A DNA stretch of 64,000 nt, from NCBI GenBank assembly GCA_051530055.1, contig CM121342.1:2886797-2950796 (forward strand), in the 5' to 3' direction. Position 1 is the stretch's first letter. Every line of letters starts with the position of its first letter. Position numbers and translations under genes: made by a program. The DNA comes from Neoechinorhynchus agilis. Lineage: Eukaryota; Animalia; Acanthocephala. Of this stretch, positions 22,818 to 34,627 are shown one piece after another. The notes beneath the pieces were generated by a model. The model saw nothing but the letters and a program-made list of their open reading frames with translations, did no database searches and was not told the origin of the DNA.

Positions 22818-23494
22818 ATATAGGTAAGTGGATCAATTAAATCTGGGATGATGATTTGCGTGCTAGTTTCCGAAGAAGCAAGAGAATATCATACGTGGAT
22901 ATCATGGGATGTGAAGCTGTAGAAGCTGAGAACGGTGATGTAGATCTGGATGTGGATGATGGTTTGTTCGAGTGAGAGTCACAAAGGTGCGCATTGATAG
23001 AGTTTAGTGTAGCAAGGAGGTCGGACTTCAAGAGGTTGGAGAAGGGTTTTTGTTTTTCGATACCTAGGGCACTTTTCTTGTTTTTCATCAGAGGTGAGCG
23101 GGAGGGTTTTGCGCGAGTTGAGAATGTAATGAGCAAGAGAGGATTGAAGACGGCTGAAATCAGGATTGTATGCGTGGTATGTTTTATTCGCTTTTATTTG
23201 GAGCATTTTCAAGAAAGGAGACATCCAAAGTGGATCTCGGCTGGAAAGGTAAATGGTTTTCCTGGGAATAGCTTTAGTCGGACAAAAGGAGAGTATATTA
23301 GTTAGAGAAAGCATAGCTTCCGAGGAGTTCGGATGAAAAAATAGATTTTATGTGTGAAGAGAGATTACGCGAGACTAATTTGGCAAATGCGAATATGTTT
23401 TGATCTCTCTTGTCCCAGACCGTAGAGGGGGATGACCTTACACATTGATAATAGCGTGAATCGCTGCTTGATTTTCTAGGAGCATGTCCTAATT

Positions 23495-23655
23495 TTAATT
23501 TGACAAATACGACCCAGATATAGTTTATTTATTTGCCTAGCTTTCGCCGTTTTACGGGTTCAACTGGACAATTGTTAAAATGTTGCTCAACTGAAGCCGT
23601 AAAACGGCGAAAGCTAGGCAAATAAATAACCTCTAGGTCGTATTTGTCAAATTAA
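23495..23655. mobile_element. Second fold-back element of inverted hammerhead-like motifs
   Basis: Perfect 33-bp inner arms (23525-23557 / 23597-23629) and 20-bp outer arms (23495-23514 / 23636-23655). The right arm reads CTGAAG-CCGT-AAA-ACGG-C-GAAA-GCT-A. Confidence 0.8.
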
Positions 23656-25079
23656 ATTAAAATCAAAATTTATTACACGTTGCGAAGAGGCGGAGGGAGA
23701 GAGGATTATTGCGTAATGGTCTGAGGATGAGATTGGTGGTAGTTTTTAGCAACCTTGTATTTGTGGATGTTAGAAAAGATTTTTATCACGATGTGAGTTG
23801 TGGCGGGTAGGAAATTTTACTAACTCTGCGAGGTCAAGGAGAGGTAGCGATGTAGGAAGATTATTGAAATCACCAAGAATGATTAGATGTTCAAGATTGC
23901 TATCATTACATCAGTGCATCAATCTCCTGTGATGCCATTTGTAGATTGGCTGAGGGATGACGATAGATACCGATAATGGTTAAATTTCGGTTGCTTGAAC
24001 GACGTTTGAGAGAGAGCGTTATGTAGATGTACACTAAGTATGGTGATTGGTAAGGAGTTGAGGGGGTAAGGGAGGTCGGAGCGAATGGAAATGGAGACTC
24101 TACATCCTACGCGTCCGCCTCTGTAAGAGTGGAAAGATGTATAGCCAGGGATCAAGGCGATGTCGGAATTGGATGAGTGCAGCCATGTTTCCATAATGAT
24201 CAGAGTGGCTAAAAGTGAAAGATTATCCGTTTTTGGCACCGGACTTCTTATGTTAGTGAAAGGAATGGAGGGAAATGGCTGTCTTAAAGAGCTTGAAGGG
24301 GGATGTAGTTTGCGAGAGTTGGCTGATAAAAGACTTTGGTGGATATGTTTCTGAGCGGATTTTGGACAAAGTACAGTGGGGATTTTCGGTTGGTATCAGA
24401 AAATTTACATGTGAGTTCTGAGAGTAGGTTTTGGCTTGTAATAAGTTATTCGAAGAGGAGAGAAGACGCTTATGCACAGGCGAATGATAGGAGTTCACAA
24501 TTTGAAGTGAGCGGTCTGGGTATATTCGGTATAATCGGGCGGAATTGACAAGAAGCGCTTTTGAAGGAAGGAGGGTGCGGTATTTGATAGATGGAAAGTG
24601 ATTTTGAGTTGACGGGGACGGGAGTTTTTGTTGGAGATGCGCTGAAAGGAGAAAAAGGATTCGGGAAAGGGTTGTCAACAGACAAGATTAAGATGATGAA
24701 TGTAGTGTTTCCGAAAGTCTAATTTGCGATATTGTTGGTTATTGTAGGTTTGATACGGTGATTGTGTAGGAAGATTGATTAGTAAAGGATCGTGAGGATT
24801 GACGTTTGAGAGAGAAACGGAGGAGTGTGTGAAGTCTTATTACTGCAAGTTTTTGTGCGACCGCGAGAAGGGAAAAGTATGAACAAAAATGTTGTGGTTA
24901 GTAAAGGATCGATTTATTGGGGTAATGATGAGAGGTAGGAGTGGATCGAGTCGGAGAGTTGATCGGCGACATTTACGATGCTCCAGCGGAATAGAAGCTG
25001 CACATGAAAACAAGTGATGAGTAATCTTTTTTTAGCGTTAATGGTACTTTAATTGCCGTCACGGATGGGCAATTTTCCT

Positions 25080-25870
25080 CATTGCAAGTGACGTTCAACA
25101 AACAGTTAAAGATAAAATCCATGAGTATGTGGCGGTGGGGGAAAATCATATATCAAAGAATGACTTTAATTGAAATATTTCGTCGAATCTCACTGGACTT
25201 CTTCAGTCAATTATCTAAAAAGGAATTTGGCAACCTCAATGTCAGGAGGTATCCTCAACTTTAGGGAATAATCTGTCTTGTTTCCCTCGAAAATATTGGC
25301 TCCCTGAATGAACATGGCCTCGATAATAACACGTTCAATCTTATGGTCATTGAGTACCAACAAAAATCCGTCGTTAATATCGTGCCCGTATTCAGAGAGT
25401 GGGGAACAACAGCGGAATTCCCTCATCCTCCTCTCAAAGTTATTTGTCTGGCCAATATAGCAGCGATCACAATCCGAACAAGGTATTCTATATACTGCAC
25501 CACTTGGGCCTTCACGAATGCTCGGACAAATCAGGCCATGAAGATTATTTCTTCGTTTGGAATAGACGAGCGTACGTTTGCTCTGGTGGTCTGCCAATAA
25601 GACCCTGGATAAACTCTGATAGGAGGAATCGTCAATAAATGGCAACTCAAGAAACACACGATCCTAATCCGAGATGTCACGACTGTCGGCCTTCCGAACC
25701 TGGCGCTCTTGATCAGCCTACCCACAATTCCTGTAGTATCATTATGGGTCCGATATGCGGACGACGCATTTATTCTCCTTGATCGTTGCCTGCCGAACTA
25801 CCTCAACACTAAAGATCCACACATTCAATGGTCGACGGATGTCGAGACTGACGGTACTCGAACCGTTTGC
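25080..25870. mobile_element. Penelope-like fragment with internal inversion
   Basis: GIY-YIG VYRIPCSDCDRCYIGQT is on minus (25211-25657) and RT WVRYADDAF is on plus (25709-25918). The C-terminus resembles the PLE at 6 kb (NK.DY.L.LR.PPDI). Confidence 0.8.
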
Positions 25871-25999
25871 AATGTACGGCGTTTTCCATTGATTTTGCAA
25901 AACGCCGCTGGCCGTTAGTTTTAGGCTAAAGTTTTGTTTAATTCCATTGTGCTTTACGGTTAGATATATAAGGCGCCTCAAGAAAAATAGGTTTTTAGG

Positions 26000-26285
26000 T
26001 TTTGCCCTTCACAAAATTCGTGCCACCGAAATCTGCGCGATGCTGGAAGATCTCTTGGTGATTGGAAATGGTCGAGGAGTGCTTGAATCGACTATAAAAT
26101 GGGGGAGATAACAGCCCTTAGGGAACGACTCCCTTTTTGATTTCTAAGGTGTTCGAGGCGATGCTCCTTATTTCGATTGCCAGGCGGCAAGACCAAATTT
26201 AGAGCATGTATCAAGGCGAAGATTGTGATCGACGGAATCAAAAGCTATGATGCTGAAGTCTTAATCATCAACCTTTGAGAGATTA
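26000..26285 (-). mobile_element. LINE RT fragment
   Basis: GVVP*GAVISP motif. ~26170-26270 is similar to ~21970-22035. Confidence 0.6.
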
Positions 26286-26549
26286 AATCTCCGCTTTTAC
26301 TTCGTATTTCCATTCCCGCGCACCTGAGCCATAGAACGCATAATCTGGAAAATCCCTTTAGATGAGGTAAGGTTATCTTGCTAAATATTTAAAATAAACC
26401 GAGTATTTTTTGCCCAAAATAGTGTTCACCACAGGTCTAATTAGAGAAGAGAGTTTTCAGAATGTCCATTCTCATGTTCCTTTAACATTTTGTATACGAC
26501 GCTAAGGAGATATTATTAAAGAAAGACATCGACACTTCACTTTAAATTC

Positions 26550-28469
26550 TTAGAGATCGTAAATTTGTTCAATATTTGTATTATTCATTTCAATTTTTTG
26601 TAAAGATTGATGATCCTTGAAAGGTTTACTGTAAAATTCGCGTATCGGGTTGCCGGAAATATTAAGAATTTTTAGATTGCCGAGATCAGTCAAGTGATGG
26701 GATGGAAATATCGAGAATCCATTGTTTGCAATGCCAAGATAAAAGAGTCGATCAAGACCGTAAAACATGTTGATAACGTCTAAATCTTTCAATTGATTAT
26801 TAGCGAGGTCGAGCATTCTTAACCGAGGAGTATTTCTAAACGCCCGAGGAGCTATTTTCTGAATCCGATTAAACTGAAGACAAAGAAATTCAAGAGTTCT
26901 CAAGTCTTCGAAATCGTCGTAAGTAATTTCCGATATCTGATTATAACTCAAATCGATTGAGAATGCATTGTAACATATACATCGCCGAACATCTTGTACT
27001 CGTGTAAGGTTTTTCCAGCTAAGTAAAGTAAAATTCGTTGTTTCCTCAAGAACCGCAACAAAATCGTATACATCATTAGCTACTCGTGTCGGTTCGGGCA
27101 TAAATTTGGAAAGAGCACGCATCGAAAAATATGTATGCGTTCTGTTTCTAGCGTTATCGTATATTATAACATAAAAAAAGGGATTATTTTTTACCAGACA
27201 ATAATCGATCGTTTTGGAACCCAGTCGATGTACATCAATGCCGGTCATAGGGTTGCCTGATACGTCCAGGTACCGTAAATGTTTAACGTTTTTAAAAACG
27301 CCATCATCAAAAACATAAAAGTTAGTATTTGCTAATATGAGTTTTTGAAGTAATTCATTGTTTAGAAAAATTCCCGTCCGAAGCGCGGTCAAACCGAAAT
27401 TTTGTCCGAGATTAAGTACTTCAAGTTTTTTCAGTGGGAAAAATGCATCCTTGTATATCTGCACGATTCCGTTCCATGACAGGTCCAATTTGGTAACATT
27501 TGTCCACGAATCGAAGTTGTTAGAGCGAATTATTCCTAGACGATTTCTTTTTAGAATCAACGTTTCCGTCCTATTGTTTCCACGTGGTACTTCTCCTAGA
27601 TTTGAGCCGAAAATCTTCACAGCTTTGACTTCTGGCATTCTGGCTAGAATCGTTGAATTCAAACTGTGAGCGATTCCACCGTGTACAATAAATTTCTTCA
27701 ATTTTTCGAATTGAAATTCCTCTTTGAACAATTTATTTAAATCTCCTCGGTATGAAAGTTCCAGGATTTTAAGATTCTTAGATTTAGCCAGGCGACTCAA
27801 ATTTATCTCATTTAAAGGATTATATATTATCTGTAAATTTTCCAGTCTATCAAAATTGAATTGACCGGTTAACAAGAATTGTTCAATTAAATTATTGGAC
27901 AAGTCTAAAACCTTCAAACTTTTCATCTGATCGACAACATTGAGGCAATCATTACTTAAATTATTACGCGACAAGTAAAGTGATTGAAGATTGTAGAGAT
28001 CCACGTGCATATTCAAGCCCAAGCGCCACAAATTATTTTCACTCAAATCGAGATCGATCAAATTGTCAAAACCTTCAAACGCATCATCTTCGATATATCC
28101 AAATCTTGCGTTTTTTATTTGAAGTCTTCTACAATGCCTGAATTTGTACATGAGAAATTTCGTGATGGTAATAATCACATATTGATTTCTCCAACAATAT
28201 AAAGATACGTCCCTAACATTTGTAAGGATGTGACCGCGGCTGCTTACAATGTCGTAGAAAAAAGCAAATTCTATAGTTATTCGATTGATCGTTTTATTTG
28301 CTCCTATACTGCTCAAAACACTTGATAATGATTTGCTTGATATCGCTGTTGAGCACGCAATGTATACTTCATCGTATTTTGGGTATTGAAGTGTACAGCG
28401 ATTTAGTCCATTAGTTCCATAACAAAAGTTTAATCCGAGGATTAGAACGAGCAGATTTTTAACCGCCAT
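26550..28469 (-). CDS. Intronless secreted leucine-rich-repeat protein (~639 aa; Toll/Slit/LGR-like ectodomain)
   Basis: Signal-like MAVKNLLVLILGLNFCYG and an N-cap Cys pair. Many LxxLxLxxNxL repeats in two blocks split by a CxC-containing linker. No transmembrane segment is visible. Confidence 0.88.
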   Translation of the reverse strand: MAVKNLLVLILGLNFCYGTNGLNRCTLQYPKYDEVYIACSTAISSKSLSSVLSSIGANKTINRITIEFAFFYDIVSSRGHILTNVRDVSLYCWRNQYVIITITKFLMYKFRHCRRLQIKNARFGYIEDDAFEGFDNLIDLDLSENNLWRLGLNMHVDLYNLQSLYLSRNNLSNDCLNVVDQMKSLKVLDLSNNLIEQFLLTGQFNFDRLENLQIIYNPLNEINLSRLAKSKNLKILELSYRGDLNKLFKEEFQFEKLKKFIVHGGIAHSLNSTILARMPEVKAVKIFGSNLGEVPRGNNRTETLILKRNRLGIIRSNNFDSWTNVTKLDLSWNGIVQIYKDAFFPLKKLEVLNLGQNFGLTALRTGIFLNNELLQKLILANTNFYVFDDGVFKNVKHLRYLDVSGNPMTGIDVHRLGSKTIDYCLVKNNPFFYVIIYDNARNRTHTYFSMRALSKFMPEPTRVANDVYDFVAVLEETTNFTLLSWKNLTRVQDVRRCICYNAFSIDLSYNQISEITYDDFEDLRTLEFLCLQFNRIQKIAPRAFRNTPRLRMLDLANNQLKDLDVINMFYGLDRLFYLGIANNGFSIFPSHHLTDLGNLKILNISGNPIREFYSKPFKDHQSLQKIEMNNTNIEQIYDL

Positions 28470-28850
28470 TTTAGTTGAAGGGAGATACAAGACTTTCTTT
28501 TCGTTTAATTTTATATGCAAGTTTGATTTAAAGCGTCAAATCTTATGAATCACTAGTCAACTGCCCTTTCTAGGGTTTCATCCCTTTTTTGTCTTAGTTA
28601 AAAGTCAAAAAAGCATTACATCATTTCTTATTATACGGCAAACTCAATGTATTCGTACATCTCTTTTTGCCAAGGGCAATGACATTTCATGGTTCGTTTA
28701 ATTGCAGCGATGCTTTTATCATTTAATCGAAAGACGTTCAAGTCGCAAAGGCTAAATGGAATGATCATTTCTTGTTTCATTGAAGTTAAAGCGTGTAGCT
28801 TGTCCCAAAATAACCTTATTTCCCAAATCTGAATAAGGCCTCTGTCGAGA

Positions 28851-29912
28851 TGAAAGGAATTAGGCAATTCAAGAATGACGGTTCTGGAAATTGCAAGAAA
28901 TTTTACTTTCTTTTCAAGATTTATTATTTAAACAAACATCTTTATCATTCAATGCCACGAGGATGCATTTAGCATTCCCTTTTTAATCTTACAGTTGATT
29001 CTCCAATAAAAATAGTTGGCTGCACTGGGAAACCATTTTCCACGGTTAAAAAATTCTGCAGTGCCTGGTCCAACGGCATCAATACTCGCAATGGCTCGAG
29101 GGCTGCCCTGATTTTGTGACTTCACCTCCATCTTCCGCATCGAACTCAACCTTCCTTTGAAGTTATTCCTCTTCAACCGTTATGCTCACATTATCCTTTT
29201 CTTGTTCACATTCTTCGTAGCCTTCTTTTCCTCACGAAATCCCCGTGCTCCCTATTTTGCGTTCGGTTTTTATCTACTATTCGATAGGACACCGGTCCTG
29301 ATCGTTGCTCCACGACTCCCTTTTGCCATTTCCCAGCTCTTCCTTTTTCCACCACACTTCATTGCCTTCCCCAAACTCGCAATAACGCCCCATCAGGCCT
29401 CTGTCTTCGCGTTGTTCTGTCTCGCACCGTTTCCTCTGTATTTGGTCTGATATTGTCGAACACTGTATTCATCCTCCTCCCTAACATCATTTCTGCTGGA
29501 GCGTTCCCTGTGATTGCATGAGGCGTGTTTCTGTATACTTGTAGAAATTCCGTAAGTGCCCTTCGAGTATCCATTCCTTCCCCCTGCCATTCCGCGTCGT
29601 TTAAGGGTTCCTATGAATCGTTCTACCAACCCATTCGTTTGTGGATGCTAAGGACTCGCCTTTATGATCTCGATCCCATTTTCTTCGCAAAACGCCTTGA
29701 ACTGTTGTGACATAAATTGAGGCCCGTTATCGCTCACAATTTTCTTTGGAGTCCCGAATCGCGCAAATGTTTCCCTCATCCGATCGATCACCATTTCGGA
29801 TGTTATTTTGCATGTATTGAAGAACCAAACCCCGGGCCACTTACTCCTTGCATCTACGATCGCCAAATACATCTTTGAGTTTGTCGGTCCCGCCAAATCG
29901 ATGTGCACGCGC
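28851..29912 (-). mobile_element. Ty3/gypsy 3' portion (integrase, PPT, putative short 3' LTR)
   Basis: RVHIDLAGP, IVDARSKWP, IVSDNGPQF, YRNTPH...PAEMMLGR. Purine run aaaaaagggaa precedes TG at ~28975. Confidence 0.8.
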
Positions 29913-31720
29913 TGTACGCTATTGATTGTGCTGGCGTAAATGTGCATGTAAAAAAAGTGTGTTGGGCACACAGAGTTTTTTTTGAAATAAAGAAGGATCG
30001 CTGTTTGGTTCATCAACCATGTCAACATCTGGCGACGAGGACAAATGGAAGACATGGACGGAGGGTATCATGGGACAGCAAAAGGTGTTGATGGAAGAGA
30101 TGTTCAAAATGGTGTCCAAGGCCCAGATTGAACAGAAAAATGTGATACGAGGAGCACAGATAACCCCATTCCGCACTTTCGATGGAGTCGAGAACTGGGC
30201 CGAGTACGTAGAACAAGCCGAAGCCCCCATGGAAATCAATGGAATCGAGGAAAGCGGCGAAGAAAAGCGTAGATCCTGTCTATTGGCCTGGATGGGTCCA
30301 AAGATTTACACAGAGCTAAAGAAGATGGTAGCCGGCCGACCGTTCGACGAAGTCAGCTATTTAGATGTCAAGTCGCTGATTGACGCTCACGTAGCACAGC
30401 CAATGCACCAGATAACGGCGCGCTACCTCTTTAGTACATGCCGTAAAGCAGAAGGACAAACTCACGCCGAGTGGGCTACAGCACTACGAGGAGCTGCACG
30501 AGGATGCGGTTTCTACAACAAGGAAGTTAAGGATGAACGATCCGCGGTCGACGAAAGGATTAAGGATCATATAATCGTGGCGACACTTTCGAAAGCTTTA
30601 AGAAAAGCTGCGATGCAAGGCAAGGATTCAGCATCATTGGAGGAAGTCTTAAAGATTGCCGAAGCGATCGAGGTAGCAGAAAAGGCGAGCGAGCTGTTGT
30701 GTGATTCAAAAAGTAACGAGCGTTCGGATCAAAGAGGAGACGTCGAGGTTGATCGAATAATAAGAAGTCAAAGGTTCACAAGGAAATCAGAGGATAAGCG
30801 AGTACAAGAACCGAAAGAGAAGTTCGGTAATCGATGTGGAAAGTGCGAATTCGTTCATCGAGATAAAGTTCAATGTCCGGCAAGTAGAGAAAAATGTTAC
30901 AAGTGTGGTATTAGCGGACATTTTGCCCGAATGTGTAAAAAAGCGTGGGTGAGACAAGTAGAAGCCGTAAAAGGAGTGGAGCCTAGAAAGGATGAGTGGG
31001 AATTTAAGAAAGATTATGGTTGTTATGGGCTGATCTGCACTGCAAATGACGAGGGTAATCGAGCAGAAATAGAGGCGATGGTCGATGGATGTCAAGTGAC
31101 AATGAATTTTGATACTTGCGCGGAAGTTAGTATCATCGACGAGGATATGTGGAGTAAGATCGGAAAGCCGAGTTTGAAACTGACGAAGCAATTGAAGGCG
31201 TTTGGAGGATCCGAAATCGATTGTCTGGGCAAGTGCAAAGTGAGAATCGAAACAAGAGGGATAAAGAAGAATACAGTGATGTACGTGGTAAAAGGAACGA
31301 AGGGATGTTTATGGGGGATTAACTGGATAAAGCTGTTTGATATAGAGTTACCCCCTTCAGTGATTGTCAGGGGAATAAAGACCGTACAGGAGTCAATGGA
31401 TGAGATGCTAAAACAGTTTAAAGTACTTTTCGAGGAGAAGTTTACCCCCATCAGGAATTTCAGAGTAACACTGCCGATTGCAGGCTGTGCTCAGCCCACG
31501 TGGATACCAGCGAGGAGAGCGCCGTGGGCATTACAGGATGCGGTAGTTAAAGAAATGGAACGATTTACGAACAAGGGGGTATTGGAACGAGTGGAGACAG
31601 GCGACACAAATTTAGAATGAAGAACCCCTATGGCCATCACGAAGAAAAGTAATGGACAAATACGAATCTGTGCGGATTTCAGAATCACAATCAATAGCGT
31701 ACTTACCACAGACTGGTGAA
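29913..31720 (+). mobile_element. Ty3/gypsy 5' portion (115-bp LTR, PBS, intact gag-protease ORF, truncated RT)
   Basis: TGT...ACA at 29913-30027 with AATAAA, and PBS TGGCGACGAG at 30030-30039. Zinc knuckle CYKCGISGHFARMC, protease FDTCAEVS, RT start KKSNGQIRICADFR. Confidence 0.9.
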
Positions 31721-31929
31721 GTTCGAAGAAGATGATCGTAAATTACAAGAAATTGTACATCTTAATAAACCAAAAATAATCAGATCTTACTTTGCTGGAA
31801 GATTTTTAAGCAATTTAAAGGTCGTAGTAAATCTTACTGATGTTGGAAATCAGAGAAGTAACTAGTCATTTTAATGGAAACAATTTATTTTTCAAAAACA
31901 AATGGCTCAAATTTCATTTACACAGGCGA

Positions 31930-34620
31930 CGTTTTAAACGATTCCATCGAGGATTTCCTGAGCACCGGAGGAGACAACAGAGGCTGAACGAATTTCGGAA
32001 GTTGAATTATTACTAACATTTGAATGAATCTTTACAGATGAATGATGAATGCATACCAACCGGTGAACGAACGTCAACAGATGAACTAAAGCTAACATTT
32101 GAATGCATTTTAGCAGGTTAACGAACATCACTAAGTGAATAATAATACGTTTTATTAGAAATGCACAAAGAAGAGTGGTGTATGAGCAAAACAGGCGGTT
32201 GTATGACTCAAACCAATTCGCCGAGCATTCAGCCATTCGCGCAGACATGTGAAGGACGACCCTAGATCAGAATGGATATATTCAGGGCATCCGAAAATCG
32301 AGAATATCCTGGAAAGACAAACTTTTACCGTGTTAGCTGAACAGTCGCGACAGGCAAACGCCATTGGGAATCTGGAGTACTCATCCAGTGCTCCCTTGAA
32401 ATCTATTGATATTCTTTCAAGAGGTCGGGTCGCCTTTATCGGATACACCCCTTGTGGTTTAAAAAATCGAGGCTTGATCTGACAGCAGACAACGCAAGCA
32501 GCACTGAGCTTCCGAATGTCTTCTATGGAGTAAAGAATATTGTTCTGTTTGACATAATGTTGCATTCGTGTGATTCCAGGGTGGCCAAGTCTTCGATGCA
32601 ACTTAACTAGATGAGTAAGTTCAGATTTGTTCTCGACCGAACACCATCGGGCACAAGAGTCACGGGACAGAACGTCAGCGGCCAAGTTCTCCCGTCCGAC
32701 TATACCTGAGCGTATATGAGTAATTGGATAACTCTAGTTTCCACCGCAGAATCCTCTCATTCCTGATTTTTTTGCGTAATCTTGATCCATCATGAAAGAG
32801 ACAGACCTTTAATCGGTTATATTTGAAAAGGGGCGAATAGCTAGGTAGTATTTCCAGTGCTTTACCGCCTCCACGAGAGCATAAGCCTCTTTCTCTACAA
32901 TGTGATACTTTTTTCGTGCTTGTTTAATGTTCTGAAAAAAATCCGACTGGACGTCCATCCTGAATAAGTGCCGCCCTTATGGCATTATCGGACGCGTCGG
33001 TCTCAAGCACGAATTCTTCTCCTTGATCGATGTTGTTAATGACCGCATGTTTAATGGCTTCCTTCAGATCGTTGATCACCGACGCTAATTCACGAGTTAA
33101 CGGAAAAATAATCTCCTTCGACACCAGGAATTGGATTTTCTTCGAGTAATTGGGTATCCATCGGCTATAATATGCGAAGAACCCCATTAGTCTTCGGAGT
33201 GCTGTTGAGTTGGTAGGAATCCCAATATCGTTTAAAGGCCTCAATCGGTTTAGGTCAGGTCTTAGCTGACCGTGACCAATTTCATATCCGAGGACGAAAA
33301 TCCTATCCATCTCGTACTTGCTTTAAGTGTTATTTAATCGTAATCCCTTTTTCAGCTATCATCCGGAAACGGTTGAGGTTCTCATCATGCTCTTCTTTTG
33401 TTCCCCCGAATATTATTACAAAGACGAAATACGAGTAGGTGTTGGCTAACTTATACTTTTCAACGATGTGATTCATAAATGGCTGAAATGCTGCGACTCC
33501 ATTGGTAACACCCATAGGGATCTTTTTGAACCGATACAGCTTGCCGCAAGCTTCGAATGAAGTATAGTTTCTCTCATTAGGATCGATTGACACTTTATAA
33601 TATGCATCGTTTAAATCTATTTGACTGAATACAACATTCTCAGCAATTGCATTAACCATTTTGTCTATCCTAGACAGGGGATAGGCGTCCAAATACGTGA
33701 AGCGGTTTATTGTTCGTGAAAAATCTACCACTAGTCTATTTTTACCGTTTTCCTTTTTAATAATGAGAACTTGCGCTCGCCACGGAGAGCTTGACGGCTC
33801 TATGATCCCTTCGTTCAACATATGCTCGATCTCTGATTTAATGAAGGCAGTATTGCATTTAGCGGAATCACTATCTATGTCGGAAATATCAACGGAATCG
33901 CGCTCAGCTATTGTCAAACTTCTTAGCATGTTACTCGACGTGGTATTAAATTGATCCACGCCGTCCGTCGCACATTAAACACATAGCTATTTCGACGGCT
34001 TTTGTCGATACCAAATCCTCTTGTTCGAGCAATCGTTATCTTATTGCATCGGATCTGATGCCGGAGATGAAAACATCTCGGATGAATTTCGAATTGGCCT
34101 CCTCCCCATTGACAGCTTTAAATCGACAATTGCGAGCCATGTTAGTTAGACATTGGACGTATTTATCGATGCTCTCGTTCTCTGATTGTTTGCGGGTAGA
34201 GAGAAGATGCCTGCTTAGAACTTCATTGTGCTTTTTTTGTATATCTTTTCCAATAAGGCCGAGGCTTCTTCAAAAGTCTTGGTATCTTCCAAAACTTCGT
34301 ATACATCGGGCGCAATATTGGCGTATAGGTATTCTAGTTTATCATTATCAAGATCGACCGATTGAATCGTATATTTGAAGTTTCTCTTCCATAGTTTGAA
34401 TTTTTTTGGGATCTTGTTCGAGCGGCATCGAATTGAACCTTTCCAGCCTGAAATTCGCTTTTAGCGTTCTATTCGAACTGGCCGAATTTGTTGAAACGTC
34501 CATTGCAAGAAGACCAAAACAGGGGCTTTATTGCACAAAAACACACACCAAACACCACCAGGGGCGCGAGCTATATGGTATCAAAAGCGCGGTGATGACG
34601 CGGGGACGACGGCACCAACA
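31930..34620 (-). mobile_element. Decayed Ty3/gypsy element (gag, RT, RNase H, integrase)
   Basis: SSSPWRAQVL...LVVDFSRTIN...DAYP, FVLETDASD, HRRLGHPG...CVVC...RISIDFKG. Gag-like sequence at ~34.0-34.5 kb. Confidence 0.88.
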
Positions 34621-34627
34621 GTATCAA

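Larger units (their letters stand above)
21850..24970 (-). mobile_element. Decayed APE-type LINE(s) interrupted by a SINE and a fold-back element
   Basis: APE-like IMETWL...PGY at 23919-24239 and RT-like FSKILERC...QFGSRPG...SDSVDH at 21940-22236. Confidence 0.75.

Noticed and set aside
25050-25085. Hairpin aattgcc...ggcaatt as a hammerhead at the PLE end
   Set aside because: No CUGANGA or GAAA core is in the right positions.
27358-28202. Plus-strand ORFs over the LRR gene (and similar shadows over PDK, UFL1, CRE and gypsy)
   Set aside because: They are antisense shadows of well-supported coding regions.
30019-30045. MSTSGDEDK as the gag N-terminus
   Set aside because: These codons are the LTR end and PBS. 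The real start is probably a later ATG.
34576-34588. tggtatcaaaagc as a Met-tRNA PBS
   Set aside because: It is on the wrong strand for the adjacent gypsy and is an imperfect match.
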